From assembly GCF_006345805.1 (NCBI RefSeq), contig NC_042997.1:172980001-173044000 (forward strand): DNA of 64,000 nt, in the 5' to 3' direction. Made by a program: the position numbers and the translations under genes. Every line of letters begins with the position of its first letter. Within the stretch, counting starts at the first letter, position 1. Under the pieces are notes generated by a model. That model made no database searches. It was not told where the DNA came from and saw only the letters and a list, made by a program, of their open reading frames with translations. This document shows, in pieces, positions 1 through 12,368 of the stretch. This stretch comes from Octopus sinensis (Eukaryota).

Positions 1-292
1 ATTTTCAAGGGAGTAAGTAGTTGATTACATTGCACAACCAGTATTAATTTCATTGAACCTGAAACAATGAAAGGCAAAGCTGGCCTTAGTGGAATTTGAA
101 CTTAGAATGTAAAGCCAGAAGAAATGCCACTAAGCATTTTGTCCAGTTCAGCATAGCAACAATTCTGGTAGCTCGTTGCTACCAGAATAATAGAAAAAGT
201 CGACCCGAGCGGCATTTGAACTCAGAATGTACCGACAAAATGCCTAAGCATTTTGCCCAGTGCAGTAATAATTCTGCCAGCTTGCTGTCTTA
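1..292 (-). mobile_element. Degenerate, partly tandem copies of tRNA-derived SINE family A
   Basis: Reverse complement of the family A body (gatgaaaggcaaagtcgacc...ggaatttgaactcagaa...ctaagcattttg). Confidence 0.75.
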
Positions 293-1519
293 AATCAGGG
301 ATACATATGAAGAATACTTTTGGATTATTCTGCAATTAAATACCTACTTTGGAAAGGAACTGGAATCTATCAGTTATGCAGAATAACAAATGTTCAATTT
401 AACAAGACCATAAAATACCAGGTGCACCAGCAAGTTTTGAACTCATAACTTTGTGGTTCAGTCATATCCCAGTGTCTTAAATCCTAAAGTCAGCTGGAAT
501 TCTAGTGTTATAAAATCTGATAGAATTTAGTTTGAATGGTGGCATAAGGTAAGAAATGGTAGAAGAACCATCTAAAGTAATTAGGACAATAATGACATGG
601 AAATATCTAAAATGGAATATAGGAAGTGACTTTCATGGGAGAGGTAATGAAATGTAATTTATATCAATTCAAGCATAGAGCTAGTGTGCTTTTATTCTTA
701 TAGATTATCTCATCTCAGATATCCAATTTCAGAAAATTCTAATGGTGCCGACTGCAGTCCAAATTCAACGGAGTGGAATATACCCACCCAACATTAGCAG
801 TTAGCTAAGCACAATCAAATATCTTGTAATTCTAAACTTGCTTCAATTTGACAAATACTTTTATTAAAAGTTTTATATTTCGAAGGTTAGGAAACTTATA
901 AATAATGGTTTGAAAATTTATGAAAGGAAAACAGAGAATAAAATTGCAAAGCCATCATATAATAATATTTATCTTTAACTATATTTGTTGCAGCTGGTTA
1001 AATTGATAGTATGTATACTTCTAGATTTTATCCCTGGTACTGTGCAGTATTCAAAGACAGTTCATTTCTTAACAAGTACTTAAGTTGAAACAAGAAACAG
1101 CTACACTAATACAAAACATGAGCCAACAAAAGAGTTTTTTAAGTGCTAGAAACAGCAACCAAATCTTTCCCAAATTAAACTAAACACTATCTTCAAAATG
1201 GAAAGGACAGATTAAATAATGTAATCACAGATATATCAATAAGGGTGTGAAGGTCACAGTTGAAACTTTATTTTTTGTTTTACTTAGAGCTGCTTGATCA
1301 AAACTGATTAAGATGTGGACAATATGTGTGGATGTATGTATGCATACGTAATTATATGTATATTATTAGTGTATTTGCACAAATGTATATGTGAGAGGGC
1401 TGTGGTCCCAAAGCCTATATTTGCCTTCACCCTCTCCACCATATCTTATCAACCAGTTGGTCACCTTCCTTCTTTCACTCATCTCCCTTTTGGTGTCTAT
1501 TTTAATTTAAATAGACACC

Positions 1520-1722
1520 GTCGCAGGTGAGCTGCAAGATGCAGGAGGAAAGAGTGAAAGTTGTGGCGAAAGAGTCGGCAGAAGTTCACCTTTACCTTCT
1601 GCCAGAGCTTCGTGGAGCTTAGGTGTTTCGCTAATAAACACACACATCGCCTGGTCTGAGATTCAAACCCGTGATCCCTCGACCGCAAGTCCGCTGCTCT
1701 AACCACTACGCTATGTGCCTCC
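1520..1722 (-). mobile_element. tRNA-headed SINE (distinct family E)
   Basis: The minus strand starts ggaggcacatagcgtagtggttagagcagcggacttgcggtcgagggatcacgggtttgaatctcagacc, with A-box/B-box-like motifs, followed by a GC-richer body. Confidence 0.75.
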
Positions 1723-2032
1723 ACTATACGTGTATGCGGATGTGTGCATGTGTGTGTAGAACTGTGCATACACATACAGGAGTTAGTGTGCCTGTAAGGA
1801 TGTGTCAGAGGTCAGTAGGTAGATAGCTGAAGAAGCCATAAATAAAAAGAGACAAAGAGAAAACAAGATAAGCAAGAGACAGAGAGTATTAAATTGCTGT
1901 CAGAGACAGTAACATGTTCAGTGTCAATTCCTTTGATTGCATGTGTATTAGACTATGTATATGCATGTGTGACTATATGGTATGGAGATTATATATGTAT
2001 GTGTGTGCGTGTGTGCATGTTTGTCTATGATG

Positions 2033-2225
2033 TTTGTCCTTCAACACCATTTAACAGGTGTTGGTTTGTTTATGTTCCTGTAAATCAGTAGATCAGCAAA
2101 AGAGGCTGATAAAATAAGTACCATGTTTAAGAAACAAAATGGAGTTGATTTGTTTAATTAAAACCCTTCAAGGGAGCAAGGGAGTGCCCCAGCGTGATCA
2201 TAGTCCAATGACTGAAAGAAGTTGT
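2033..2225 (+). mobile_element. 3' module of SINE family B (tail type 1), degenerate
   Basis: Similar to 32640-32855 (gttggtttgtttatgt...aataagtacc...aatgactgaaa). Confidence 0.6.
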
Positions 2226-2258
2226 TTATCTATCCCTCTATCTATACACAAATATATA

Positions 2259-2301
<43 letters not shown>

Positions 2302-2559
2302 TTGGAAGTATGAGAACAGGATGCTTGTTCATTGGTTTGCCTTTTATGTTTATTGATTGGATTATGGTGTTTGTGTGTGCATATATATGTTTTATCTTAC
2401 TGACTCGGCCACTCCTTTTATCTTACTCTCTACCACACCTCGAGTATTTATGTAGCTACTCTACCTCTAATCTCTACTCAATACCTCTAATCTCTCATCA
2501 ACCGGCACAAAGCCAACCCTCCTTCATTACTACTCGCTTCCACCCAGCTGAGGTGGTGG

Positions 2560-2780
2560 GGTTTGTCTTGCAAGTTAGTGACCCTGTTGGTGCTGGTGCC
2601 ATGTAAAAAGCACTCACTACACTCTGTAAAGTGATTGGCATTAGGAAAGGCATCCAGTCATAAACCAAGCCAAAACAGACTATGGAGCCTGGTGCCACCC
2701 CACTGGCCTTACCACCTCCAGTCAAACCACCGAACCCATATCAACATAGAAAAACGGATACATGATGAGGATGATGATAT
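2560..2780 (+). mobile_element. SINE/retroposon family C
   Basis: ggcattaggaaaggcatccag...gaacccatatcaacatagaaaaacggatacatgatgagg; same family as 4735-4900. Confidence 0.7.
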
Positions 2781-4559
2781 ATGTTCTGAAACAGGTCAGT
2801 TGCAATGAAATTTCAATAGCACAAGTATGTGTTAAATGCATGGGTACACTGCTGTGATCTCATACCAGCGTAAGATATGCATACTTTTGTGCATAAAGAA
2901 CATTTAAAGAAGGGATGATAAATTCTTGCAACACTCCCGACGTTAATCTCATACATATATACTTACGCACAACATCCATATTTAGGTAAATTACATGTAT
3001 GCGTTTGTGTGTGTGTGTATTTGTATATGCATGTACGTATACAAGTGCATGTGTACAGAAAGACAGACAGACAGACAGAGTTAAACATGTGCACATGCAC
3101 AAATAGCTGATACGTTTGTCTTGCTATATAATATTTCTTACAATAGCGAAAAGTATTTAGCTATCATTAAGATAAATTTAGATGTCTTCAAGATAGGAGA
3201 GAAAGTATGCAAGTCTGCCACAACAATTGGTTTGATTGCTAAACTCACAAAATGGCAGCAGCTATTCATAACAGCACATTTAATTTAATGATTTAAGATG
3301 AATAAAATCTTAAATCTGTACCGTTTCTATAAGATTAGTGGATCGAAAGCTGTATGATACATGACTAGATAAACAGAAGAACGCTTATTAAGTCAGGGCT
3401 GAGTTCAAAGAGAGGTTATGCACACACTTAAATTCTTTTCTAGATCTGCATGTAAGCAGCTTACTGTTAAAGTAACCTGCTAGCCAATAAGTACGATGAC
3501 CGATGGGTCTGACACTACTAAGGAAACAGTAAAACTTGGGGCAATTGCTTTCAAGTAACTGAATAAATAGCATTTATGGTTGAAAATGTAATTGAACAAG
3601 CGTTCTCAAATGAATTAATGATGAAATTATTGTTTGTGTGCTAATAAAGAATACAAGAAAGTGGCGTTATGTAGTAGGTGCCAGAAATCATTATCTGATG
3701 TCACAAGGCTATCAATTTGGACGTTTTTATCATTTCTTTATCACTAGCTCTACAACATTTTCAATAGTGTTCAAGCATTTAAATTCTTCACTAGAAAATC
3801 TGTTTGGAATTACTGTTGTTGACGACTGAAGAAAATGGTAAAAGAATTATGTAAGAAACACTCCCTGTTTTTAACCTTATACCTTAATAGTCAGGTCAGT
3901 TCTGACTAAGAAATTTAACCATGGCCATTCCATCTTTTATTGAGATCATCGTTTAACATCGTTCGTTGCCCATGAACAGAATGATGGAAAACCACAACAA
4001 TTCTCTAAATAAGTACCATGAGCAAGCAATTTGTGTGTGTGTGTGTGTGTGAAAATAATAAAAAAGGTGAGGGTGGGATCTGGTTTATAAAAACAAAATA
4101 TTTTTGATTGAATATTGATTTATAACTTCATTCCTTTTATGTCAGTATTTTAACCCTTTTGTGACCATATTTCAAAGAAGAATAGACTGCTTTTGTGTAG
4201 TTTAATTAATTTTAGATTTGCTGAGTTTTGTAAAATAACTACAACTTTTTATATTTATTGGTATTATTAAGCTGGCATTTGACAAAGAAAAGATAAATTT
4301 TTAGTAAAATGAAGTCATATCCGTTGTCACCATCAACACATTGATACGTACATTTTCCATACTGAAATTAGCTGAATGAGACAGTATTCTAAGAAAAAAT
4401 TAACTTGATTTAATTTTTTAATGTTTTTTTCTTTTGCAAGTAAAGTATTTTTTTTAATTTCAAAAAGGCCTTCTAATGCTGAGACCACTAGCCCATGGGG
4501 TACGTTATGAGAGACGTAGATGTATGTCACAACTACATAAGCAACGTGAATGAAGAGAG

Positions 4560-4735
4560 TCAGAGAAGACATATGTGCACAATAATTTCCAAACAGTTTC
4601 TGTCTACCAAAGTTCACGCACATACCATCAGCCAATCTAAGGCTATAATAAAAGACATTTGTCCAAGGTCATTAAGATGACAATAAAAAAACACATGGTT
4701 GAGATGCAAGCTTCTTAATCATATAGCTACGCACT
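4560..4735 (-). mobile_element. SINE family B head/core fragment
   Basis: Reverse complement of accttggacaaatgtct...ttatagccttagattggc...tttggtagacagaaactg. Confidence 0.65.
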
Positions 4736-4897
4736 CACGGAGTGGTTGGCATTAGGAAGGGCATCCAGCTGTAGAAACATTGCCAGATAAGACTGGAGCC
4801 TGGTGCAGCCTTCTGGCTTCCCAGATCCCCGGTCGAACCGTCCAACCCATGCTAGCATGGAGAACGGACGTTAAATGATGATGATGGTGATGATGAT
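4735..4897 (+). mobile_element. SINE/retroposon family C, well-preserved 3' part with (ATG)n tail
   Basis: ggagtggttggcattaggaagggcatccagctgtagaaac...aacccatgctagcatggagaacggacgttaaatgatgatgatg. Confidence 0.8.
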
Positions 4898-5370
4898 GTA
4901 CCTAAAGTCTATTAGCCAAGTGCATCCATCTATTCATCTTCTCTGCAAGCATCAGGAGAGTAAAGTCCTCAGGCAGCTTCTCCTTAGGTCCCATCAGAGG
5001 TAACCATCATTAGACTTTCTGGCTGGATTCCCGAACAAGACCAACTGAGACAATGGATATTATCCAACCATCTTATTCTTGGTCTATCCGTTAGGTTTCC
5101 TGCTGGTTACCTCAGCTTGAAGAATCTGTGTTGTAATTCTCTTCTGAGACATATTAATCAGGTAAGAATGAAATTTCAAATGAGATGTTTTAAATCTAAA
5201 TATGAACCTACTTGTTTTAGCAGCAGAAGATAATTGAGTAATTAAGTGTTTTACAATAGAGGATTGGTTAAGAGAGTGGCAATTTAGGACAGGTTAATTG
5301 GGACTGAAAGGATAATTAATATGATAAATTACAACTGGTCAAAACTTTTACAAGCAAGGATCTACTTTAC

Positions 5371-5621
5371 CTGTTCATATTTTTCAAGTTCTGTATGATA
5401 TATCTGTCGTATTTGTGCAAGCTTGGCCCTGTAATCTGAATGTTCAATCGCGCTGTCGGGTTGGCCTGGACCACTGGATGCAGCCGCTGTTGCATTAGCT
5501 GCAGCCGATGAGCCACCTCCTTTCTCAGGCCCTGCAACACCTTCAGCAATCAACATGTTATCCAGTCTCATTAATTGAGGGTCTGCAGGTTCTTCTTCTT
5601 GTGTACCACGGATACTTAAAA
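5371..5621 (-). CDS. PBX: Internal coding exon of a PBX/extradenticle TALE homeodomain gene (equivalent to vertebrate PBX1 exon 3)
   Basis: Minus-strand translation (V)[83 protein letters not shown] closely matches the PBC domain I recall for PBX1/Exd. The acceptor is tccttttcttctattccAG|TT (phase 1) at 5622/5621 and the donor is CAG|GTaaag at 5371/5370. ORF 5362..5571 is its read-through. Confidence 0.97.
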
Positions 5622-6560
5622 CTGGAATAGAAGAAAAGGATAAGGACAGCTGTTAGAATAGAATTCTCAATTTCAATGTGAAGGGTTATTGATAATAATA
5701 ATGATTCCAACATAACCCAAAATGCCAAAGTTTCAAGCGGTCAATGTAGCATATAGTAAATGTAATGATTCACTCACTATATTAGTAGAACTTAATTTAA
5801 CAATCCCAAAAGGATTTCAAGCAGAAGCAGTCTTTTCAGGATTAGAACTCAAAATTTTAAGTGACCTAATTGAATATTGCAAAATATTTTCAGACACTAT
5901 CAATTCTGTGAATTGATTGCCATAGCAACACAATGCAGTTTCTGTGGTACTTTACTAGACTTTCTACTCTAATGCAATAAGTAAGGATACTTATTTTAAA
6001 GCATAATTGATTAAAAAAAATACCATTAGTACACAGTATTTTGAACAGAAAGTAATAAGGAAGTGTCTGTAATTCAGCAGAGGACAAATATTGCCGAAGA
6101 GTTCAATCAGTGCAAGATATAGATGTACATATGCATACACAGAGAAATATAATTATACATATTATATCATGAGCTTCCACAGTTTTGTTACTAAATTCAA
6201 CTAACAAACCAAGCATTGACCCGAGGATATAGTAGAAAGCACTTTCGTAAGATGCCATGCAGTGGGAATGAAAACAGACATGGTTGAGAAACCAACTTCT
6301 TAACCACATAATATTGGTGTTCAATGAATCACACAGTAAGACATTATGGTAATAAATGTTCCAGCCTAGGGCAAAACTGACTGAGCACACATGCAATGAA
6401 AGGCATTCCTGTCGAGATCAACCCATTATTATTATTTTTGCACTGTTCAACTATTTATATGCAAACACACACACACAAGTACATACAAACACACCACTAC
6501 CAGCATCATCAGTCATTCTATGCTTGCTTCCCATTATTGCATGTATATGTATACACACAA

Positions 6561-6605
<45 letters not shown>

Positions 6606-7392
6606 CACATAAATACACAAACACACATAAATGTATGTATGAATATATGTAAACATATGTATTTCTTTCTCTCTCTCTCTCCCTCTTTATGTGTATGTAT
6701 ATATATATATATAATCATAATATATAATATTATGTTACACCATAAAAAATTCTGGTGCATCTAAATTAAGTGCCATATTCATTTGAATCTTATTGTCTTA
6801 TATATATATATATATATATATATACATACACATACATATATTAATGTTTGTTTTTATGTCAAGTAACAAATGAAAACAATTTAACATTAAACTGAAGAAT
6901 CATTCAATACTTTTTAGTGGTGTATAAATTTATTAATATTTACAAGGAAAAATGTTGACAGTGACTTTGAAGTTTAATCTAGCTAACCATCAAGTTGAAA
7001 GGTCAAAGTCACTGCTAACTTTCTCAGAGCAAAAGTCAACATACACACACTCACAGGCATGCGTATGTCTTTCATATATATATGTATGTGTGTGTAGAGA
7101 GAGAGAGAGATAAATGCAATTAGGTTTGATATATCTACATGGAGCACAAAATAATACGGAATACATATACAAGAAAATATATATGTATATAAACAACTTA
7201 TGTAATGTCTTATCTCAACAGCTGTTTCAGGAAGCCAAGAGTTATATAATAATCATAATTTACAGGTGATATGCAACAAGTCATAAGCATGCAACTGGTG
7301 ACAAGTCAGATAAAGTTATTATAGTAAGTCCGGCTTCCCTCATCAAGGAAGATTGGCAAATATATATGTATAGACACACACTCTTCTATACC

Positions 7393-7505
7393 AGTATACC
7401 AGTGCAGGCTTTGATGTACAGCACAATCCTCCAACCTGTTGTATCTTGACAAGATACAACAGGTTGGAGGATTGTGCTGTACATCAAAGCCTGCACTGGT
7501 ATACT
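7393..7505. repeat. Perfect inverted repeat: two 56-bp arms with a 1-nt spacer (113 bp)
   Basis: 7393-7448 is the exact reverse complement of 7450-7505, checked base by base; the centre is a single A at 7449. Confidence 0.98.
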
Positions 7506-8571
7506 TTCTTCCTTACATCACCCACTTCAGAGTGTGAATTGAGTGTTTTTTTTTTCTTAGTACCAGTACCAGTGAGCTCATCATATAACTCACAAAACTA
7601 AGATCTCCCACTGAAACTAGGTGGAGCTACATTAAGAAGGGGAGTGATGAAAGGTTGGTGTTTGAAGGAAGGGGCTAGAACAGGTTTCTTTCTGTAGAAT
7701 ACATGGCTGCTCACATTATACAAGAGCAAGAGAGGGTAATTGATGTGGAGCTGGAAAGAGATTTTGTATGCATGTATGTGTGTGTGCGTACAAAGACACA
7801 TAGTCTACATTTTTCTATAGATGTTTTCTGAAGAAAAAACAAAAAACAAACTTTACAATAGGTGTATCAAGCATCAAGATGTTTTACTAAAAATTTTCCT
7901 TCGTTTTCCGTTCTAACTAATCTATATTTTTGTTAAAATAATGAATGTTTGGGAGATAATTAATCAAAATAACGGCAAACAAAATAATCACACCCCCACC
8001 CACAAAAAAGAACATCACAAACAATAAAACAATGACAGTCTAAAATATAAACTAGATAAATAAATGAATATATAAAATATTTGTATTAACAACTAGAAGA
8101 TTCTTTTTTTGTACAATAGGTCATGCAATGTTTAGCAGTTCCTTGAGTTATTGGTGAAATATTGATATCTTATCTAGTTTCTCTGCATTTGATTAATCTG
8201 ATTTCATTTAGATTATAACGGTAAGAGAATGGCGCTAAGAGAGGGAGTGAGGGGGAGAGGAGAGAGAAAAAGAAAGACAAAGGGAGGAAGAGAGAGATGC
8301 TGAGAAGCAAAATGTCACTCATCATTCAATAAACAATAGAAGAGAAGAAAAAGAACAGGATTTAAGGTTTCTAAAGATATTTCCGAACTACAAATACAAT
8401 TCTGACTATTGGCTTATACATGTGTGTGTGTGTGTGTATGAGGGTGTGTGTGGGCACATGTATATATTATATATGTTTGTGTGCGTGTGAAATAGGTATA
8501 TGTATGCATATATGTTCATGCAAATGGTTTAACCCTGAATAAATTTCTTCATTAACTTAGTGCACCTGCTC

Positions 8572-8607
<36 letters not shown>

Positions 8608-8667
8608 CAAAAACACATGTATGTAAATATGTGTGTGTGCAAGTGTATCAGAGAGAGAGCGTGTGTA

Positions 8668-8835
8668 GGTACAGCATGGCTGTGTGGTAAGGAGTTTGTT
8701 TCTCAACTACATGGTTCTAGGTTCAGACCCACAGCATGGGCACCTTGGGCAAGTGTCTTCTGCTATAGCTTCAAGCTTAACAAAGCCTTCTGAGTGGATT
8801 TAGTTGACAGAAATTGAAAGAAGCCTGTTGTATGC
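8668..8835 (+). mobile_element. SINE family B (tRNA head plus CORE-like segment; resembles octopus OR2-type SINEs)
   Basis: gcatggctgtgtggtaagg...ggttcagaccc...caccttgggcaagtgtcttctgctatagc...aaagccttctgagtggattt...gaaagaagcc. Confidence 0.8.
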
Positions 8836-8875
8836 ATATATATGTATATATATATTTATATATATGTGTATGTAT

Positions 8876-9075
8876 AGGGAGAGTTTACCCAAAAAACAAA
8901 AGACGAAGACAGGTGGTGTACAAAACAAACAGATGTATTAGTATAATGCTCAGGAATAGAAAAGGTCTTTTACGTTTCGAGCCTACGCTCTTCTACAGAA
9001 AGGGACACAGAAAACATAAGGAGAGAAACAAGGAGAGAAAAAAATGTGTGTAGTGGGTAACAATCTATCACGGCG
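8876..9075 (-). mobile_element. ~195-bp element with Penelope-like pLTR / hammerhead-like motif (copy 1)
   Basis: Shares sequence and both boundaries with 17692-17880 and is flanked by TA microsatellites. The minus strand contains CTTT-CTGTAGA-A-GAGC-GTAG-GCTC-GAAACGTA-AAAG (8967-9002). Confidence 0.6.
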
Positions 9076-9109
<34 letters not shown>

Positions 9110-9118
9110 TATATATAT

Positions 9119-9500
9119 ACTAGCAGTATCGCCCGGCGTTGCTCAGGTTTGTAAGGGAAATAACTATAAAGCATTTTTAGAGAGTTATAGCCAAAAAATA
9201 GCAAAAATATGGAAAAAAAATTATAGTAAATTTTTTGAGAGTTAAAAAGGTCGAGTTGCGTCCCCTAGACAGTCTGTGGTTTGTGTTTCTGATTCTCGAC
9301 CCCATGTCGAATTTATCGATTATTTTCAGAACTGGGGGAACTTTTCAAAATTTTCGCTGCGTTAGTTTTGAATTATGACATTGGGCTATGTGTGTGTCAA
9401 GTTTCATCAGAATCGGTTGAAAGCCGTGGTCAGGGTGAGGGTACAAGCAAACAGACACACAGAAACACGCACAGACAAACTGCCGTTTATATAGAGAGAG
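9119..9500 (+). mobile_element. Non-autonomous Helentron/HINE-like rolling-circle element
   Basis: Starts actagcagtatcgcccggcgttgctcagg. Contains caagtttcatcagaatcgg and ends in aaacagacacacag...acagacaaact...tttatatag, a layout I recall for DINE-1/HINE-like elements. Confidence 0.6.
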
Positions 9501-9534
9501 ATATATCCATACATACATGTGCATGCAATGTCCT

Positions 9535-9715
9535 ACCACCACTTGACAACTGGTGTTGGTGTGTTTACATCCCTTTAATTTAGTGGTTCAACGAAAGACT
9601 GATGGAATAAGCACCAGGCTTAAAAAAATAAGTACTGGGGTTGATTTGTTTGACTAAAGTTCGCCAAGATAGTGCAACAGCATGTTCACAGCCTACTGAC
9701 CGAAACAAAAGATAC
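9535..9715 (+). mobile_element. 3' module of SINE family B (tail type 1)
   Basis: cacttgacaactggtgttggtgtgtttacatcccc...gaataagcaccaggctt...ggggttgatttgtttgactaaag. Confidence 0.7.
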
Positions 9716-10004
9716 ACAAACACACACAAAAACAAATACACACATACACAAATGAATGTGCCTGTATAAGGCATGTAAAAGTGTATACACTTGCGTTTGC
9801 TGACATTTCTTGTCTAAGAAAGCCACACACTGCGAGTGGTATTGCTGTTGTCACTTCTGTCAACAGATTGTCTATCTGATTGCTTTATGCCTTCGGATGA
9901 CATGTGAAATAAGGGATCTCTTACTTGAAAAACAGTTAAGGGTTAGCAAAAGAAAAGAGCATCCTGCTGTAAAACAATGCCTCAATAATATATATCTCTC
10001 TAAA

Positions 10005-10222
10005 AGGTGGCGAGCTGGCAGAAACGTTAGCACGCTGGGTGAAATGCGTAGCTGTATTTCGTCTGCCGTTACGTTCTGAGTTCAAATTCCACCGAGGCCG
10101 ACTTTGCCTTTCATCCTTTTGGGGTCGATAAATTAAGTACCAGTTACGCACTGGGGTCGATGTAATCGACTTAATCCCTTTGTCTGTCCTTGTTTGTCCC
10201 CTTGTGGGTAATAAAGAAACAA
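10005..10222 (+). mobile_element. SINE family A, near-intact copy
   Basis: ggcgagctggcagaaacgttagcacg...ctgagttcaaattcc...gactttgcctttcatccttttggggtcgataaattaagtacc...gggtaataaagaaa. Confidence 0.9.
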
Positions 10223-10295
10223 AACAAATATATCTCTCTCTAACCCATGCTAGCATGGAAACAGGATGTAAAACAAATTAAGATATGGACACACA

Positions 10296-10690
10296 CACTT
10301 TTTTTATCTTTTACTTGTTTCAAATACTGGACTGCGAGTGTGCTGGAGCACCACCTTGATGACATTTTAGTCAAGTAAATTGTGCTCAGTCCTTTTTTTT
10401 TTCCCTGACCCCGAAGCCTGATATTTATTCTGTTGGTTTCTTTTACGAAACTGGTAGGTTACAGTGATGTAAAAACACACTAAAACCAGTCGTCAGTTGG
10501 TGGTGGTGGTGGTGGGGAAACACAGACACAAACACACATACATATATGATGGGTTTCTTTCAGTTTCTGTCTACCAAATCAGCTCACAAGGCTTTGGTTG
10601 GCCAAAGGCAATACTAGAAGACACTTGTCAAAGGTTCCACATAGTAGGAATGAACCCAGGACCATTTGATGGGAAGCAAAATTCTTACCC
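10296..10690 (-). mobile_element. Full-length SINE family B (head, internal microsatellite, tail type 1)
   Basis: Reverse-complement match to both the family B head and the tail-1 module. Confidence 0.75.
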
Positions 10691-11019
10691 CACCTGCACT
10701 GATATATATATATGTATGTGTGTGTGTGTGTGTTGTGTGTGTGTGTGTGTGTGCATTTGTGTAAATGTGTGGGTGTGTTGTTATCATCACACCTATCTAT
10801 GTTTATGTATAAACTTTTACATATATATATATACACATTTTTTTTATTAATAATCAGAAGTTACTAAGTCACGTAAGGGCTGAGAGATTCATACATTGGG
10901 ACACATTAGATTAGTTTGATAAGTGCCAAAGCACAAAACTCTTGGTCCTTGAATCAATCTGTAACTTCTACCAATTATTAATGAAAACATCTATATATTT
11001 ATGTTTTGAGTTCTAGAAG

Positions 11020-11211
11020 GGAGAAACAAGGACAGACAAATGGATTAAGTCGATTATATTGACCCCAGTACGTAACTGGTACTTATTTAATTGACCCCGA
11101 AAGGATGAAAGGCAAAGTCGACCTCAGTGGAATTTGAAGTCAGAACGTAGCGGCAGACGAAATACTGCTAAGCATTTCACCCGGCGTGCTAACGTTTCTG
11201 CCAGCTCGCCT
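11020..11211 (-). mobile_element. SINE family A, near-intact copy
   Basis: Reverse complement of the 10005-10222 type, ending tttctgccagctcgcc. Confidence 0.9.
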
Positions 11212-11265
11212 GTGTGTGTATGTGTATATATATATATATATTATATATATATATATATACACACC

Positions 11266-11324
<59 letters not shown>

Positions 11325-12148
11325 CTTACTACCAAAACAGTTTAGTGTTAACAACAAGAAGAGCAGCTGTTCTGAAATCATGCCTCAAATAAATACAATC
11401 CAACATGTCTAGGATGAAAACAGAAAAAAAAAAACATACATACATACACAGAACCACACATTTGTACAGTTTAAAAGAAAAAAATATACAGGCATTTGTA
11501 TACTAAATGGATACTGAAAGAAAATGGTGCACAATACAACTGGAAAAAAAAAATGAAGAATCTTCTAGACTAACAGAAGGTGCACACTTTGTTTAGCAGA
11601 GAAAAAAATCAGTCTGAGAAGGCCTCTACCCAAAGGCCTTCTGGATTCACAGAATATACTCATGACAAAAATAAATTTATAGCCAACTGGTCAGTGCTAC
11701 CCTTACAACAAGGGGCTAGCTTTTGCCCTATTTGAAGTAATCACCCCACACACAGCTCTTACACTTATATATTTTCATGCTTAGGCATGCTTTTTCAAAA
11801 ATCCTCTCCTTCACCATGTCTGCCTGTCTCTTTCTCTCTCTCTTTCCACCTATCCTTCTCTATACAAAAAATTTGGGTAGACAGTTGTCACTGGAATGCT
11901 GACACATAGGATAATAGCTAAAGGAATCAATATAAGAGATATAACTCTGATGGGCTTAAAGGCCAACCTTGTTTTATGACTCATTTTCAACACGGGGTGG
12001 GGAAGTTTTAATTTTTTTTTTGTTTTTTTAAAAATCTCTGTGACTTGTAAACTGGATTGTGGTGTTCTTACACTTCCAGTACAAAAGAGCTCAAGTTATA
12101 CTTTTCCATTCAGCTACGTTAATCATACACACTTGGGAGTTAGTTTAA

Positions 12149-12368
12149 CCCTTTTGATACCAACCCGGCTGAAACCGGCTTTGGCTCTGAGTACAAATGT
12201 CTTGTTTTCTTAAGTTTTGAATTAAAATCTTCCAATAAACCTTAGTTACAATCTATGTTCCTAACACTAGCTTAATGATAACCAAGTTATTTTACTAAAT
12301 TCTTTGTCACATTTGAAGTAATTGAAAGAAACACGAAGCATCTCAAAATAAATACAATAACAAAAAGG
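12149..12368. mobile_element. piggyBac-like MITE, family P1
   Basis: TTAA at 12145-12148 and 12369-12372, with ends cccttttgatac and aacaaaaagg. The body matches 51541-51742 in the opposite orientation. Confidence 0.75.

Noticed and set aside
5270-5295. Minus-strand LNCH resembling PBX exon 2
   Set aside because: It lies downstream of the real exon and the context (VLNCHSLN) does not match.
5367-5549. 60-aa minus-strand ORF overlapping the PBX exon
   Set aside because: It is an alternative frame of the real exon with no independent homology.
10005-10085. tRNA-like heads of SINE families A, B and E as tRNA genes
   Set aside because: They continue into SINE bodies and lack a complete cloverleaf.
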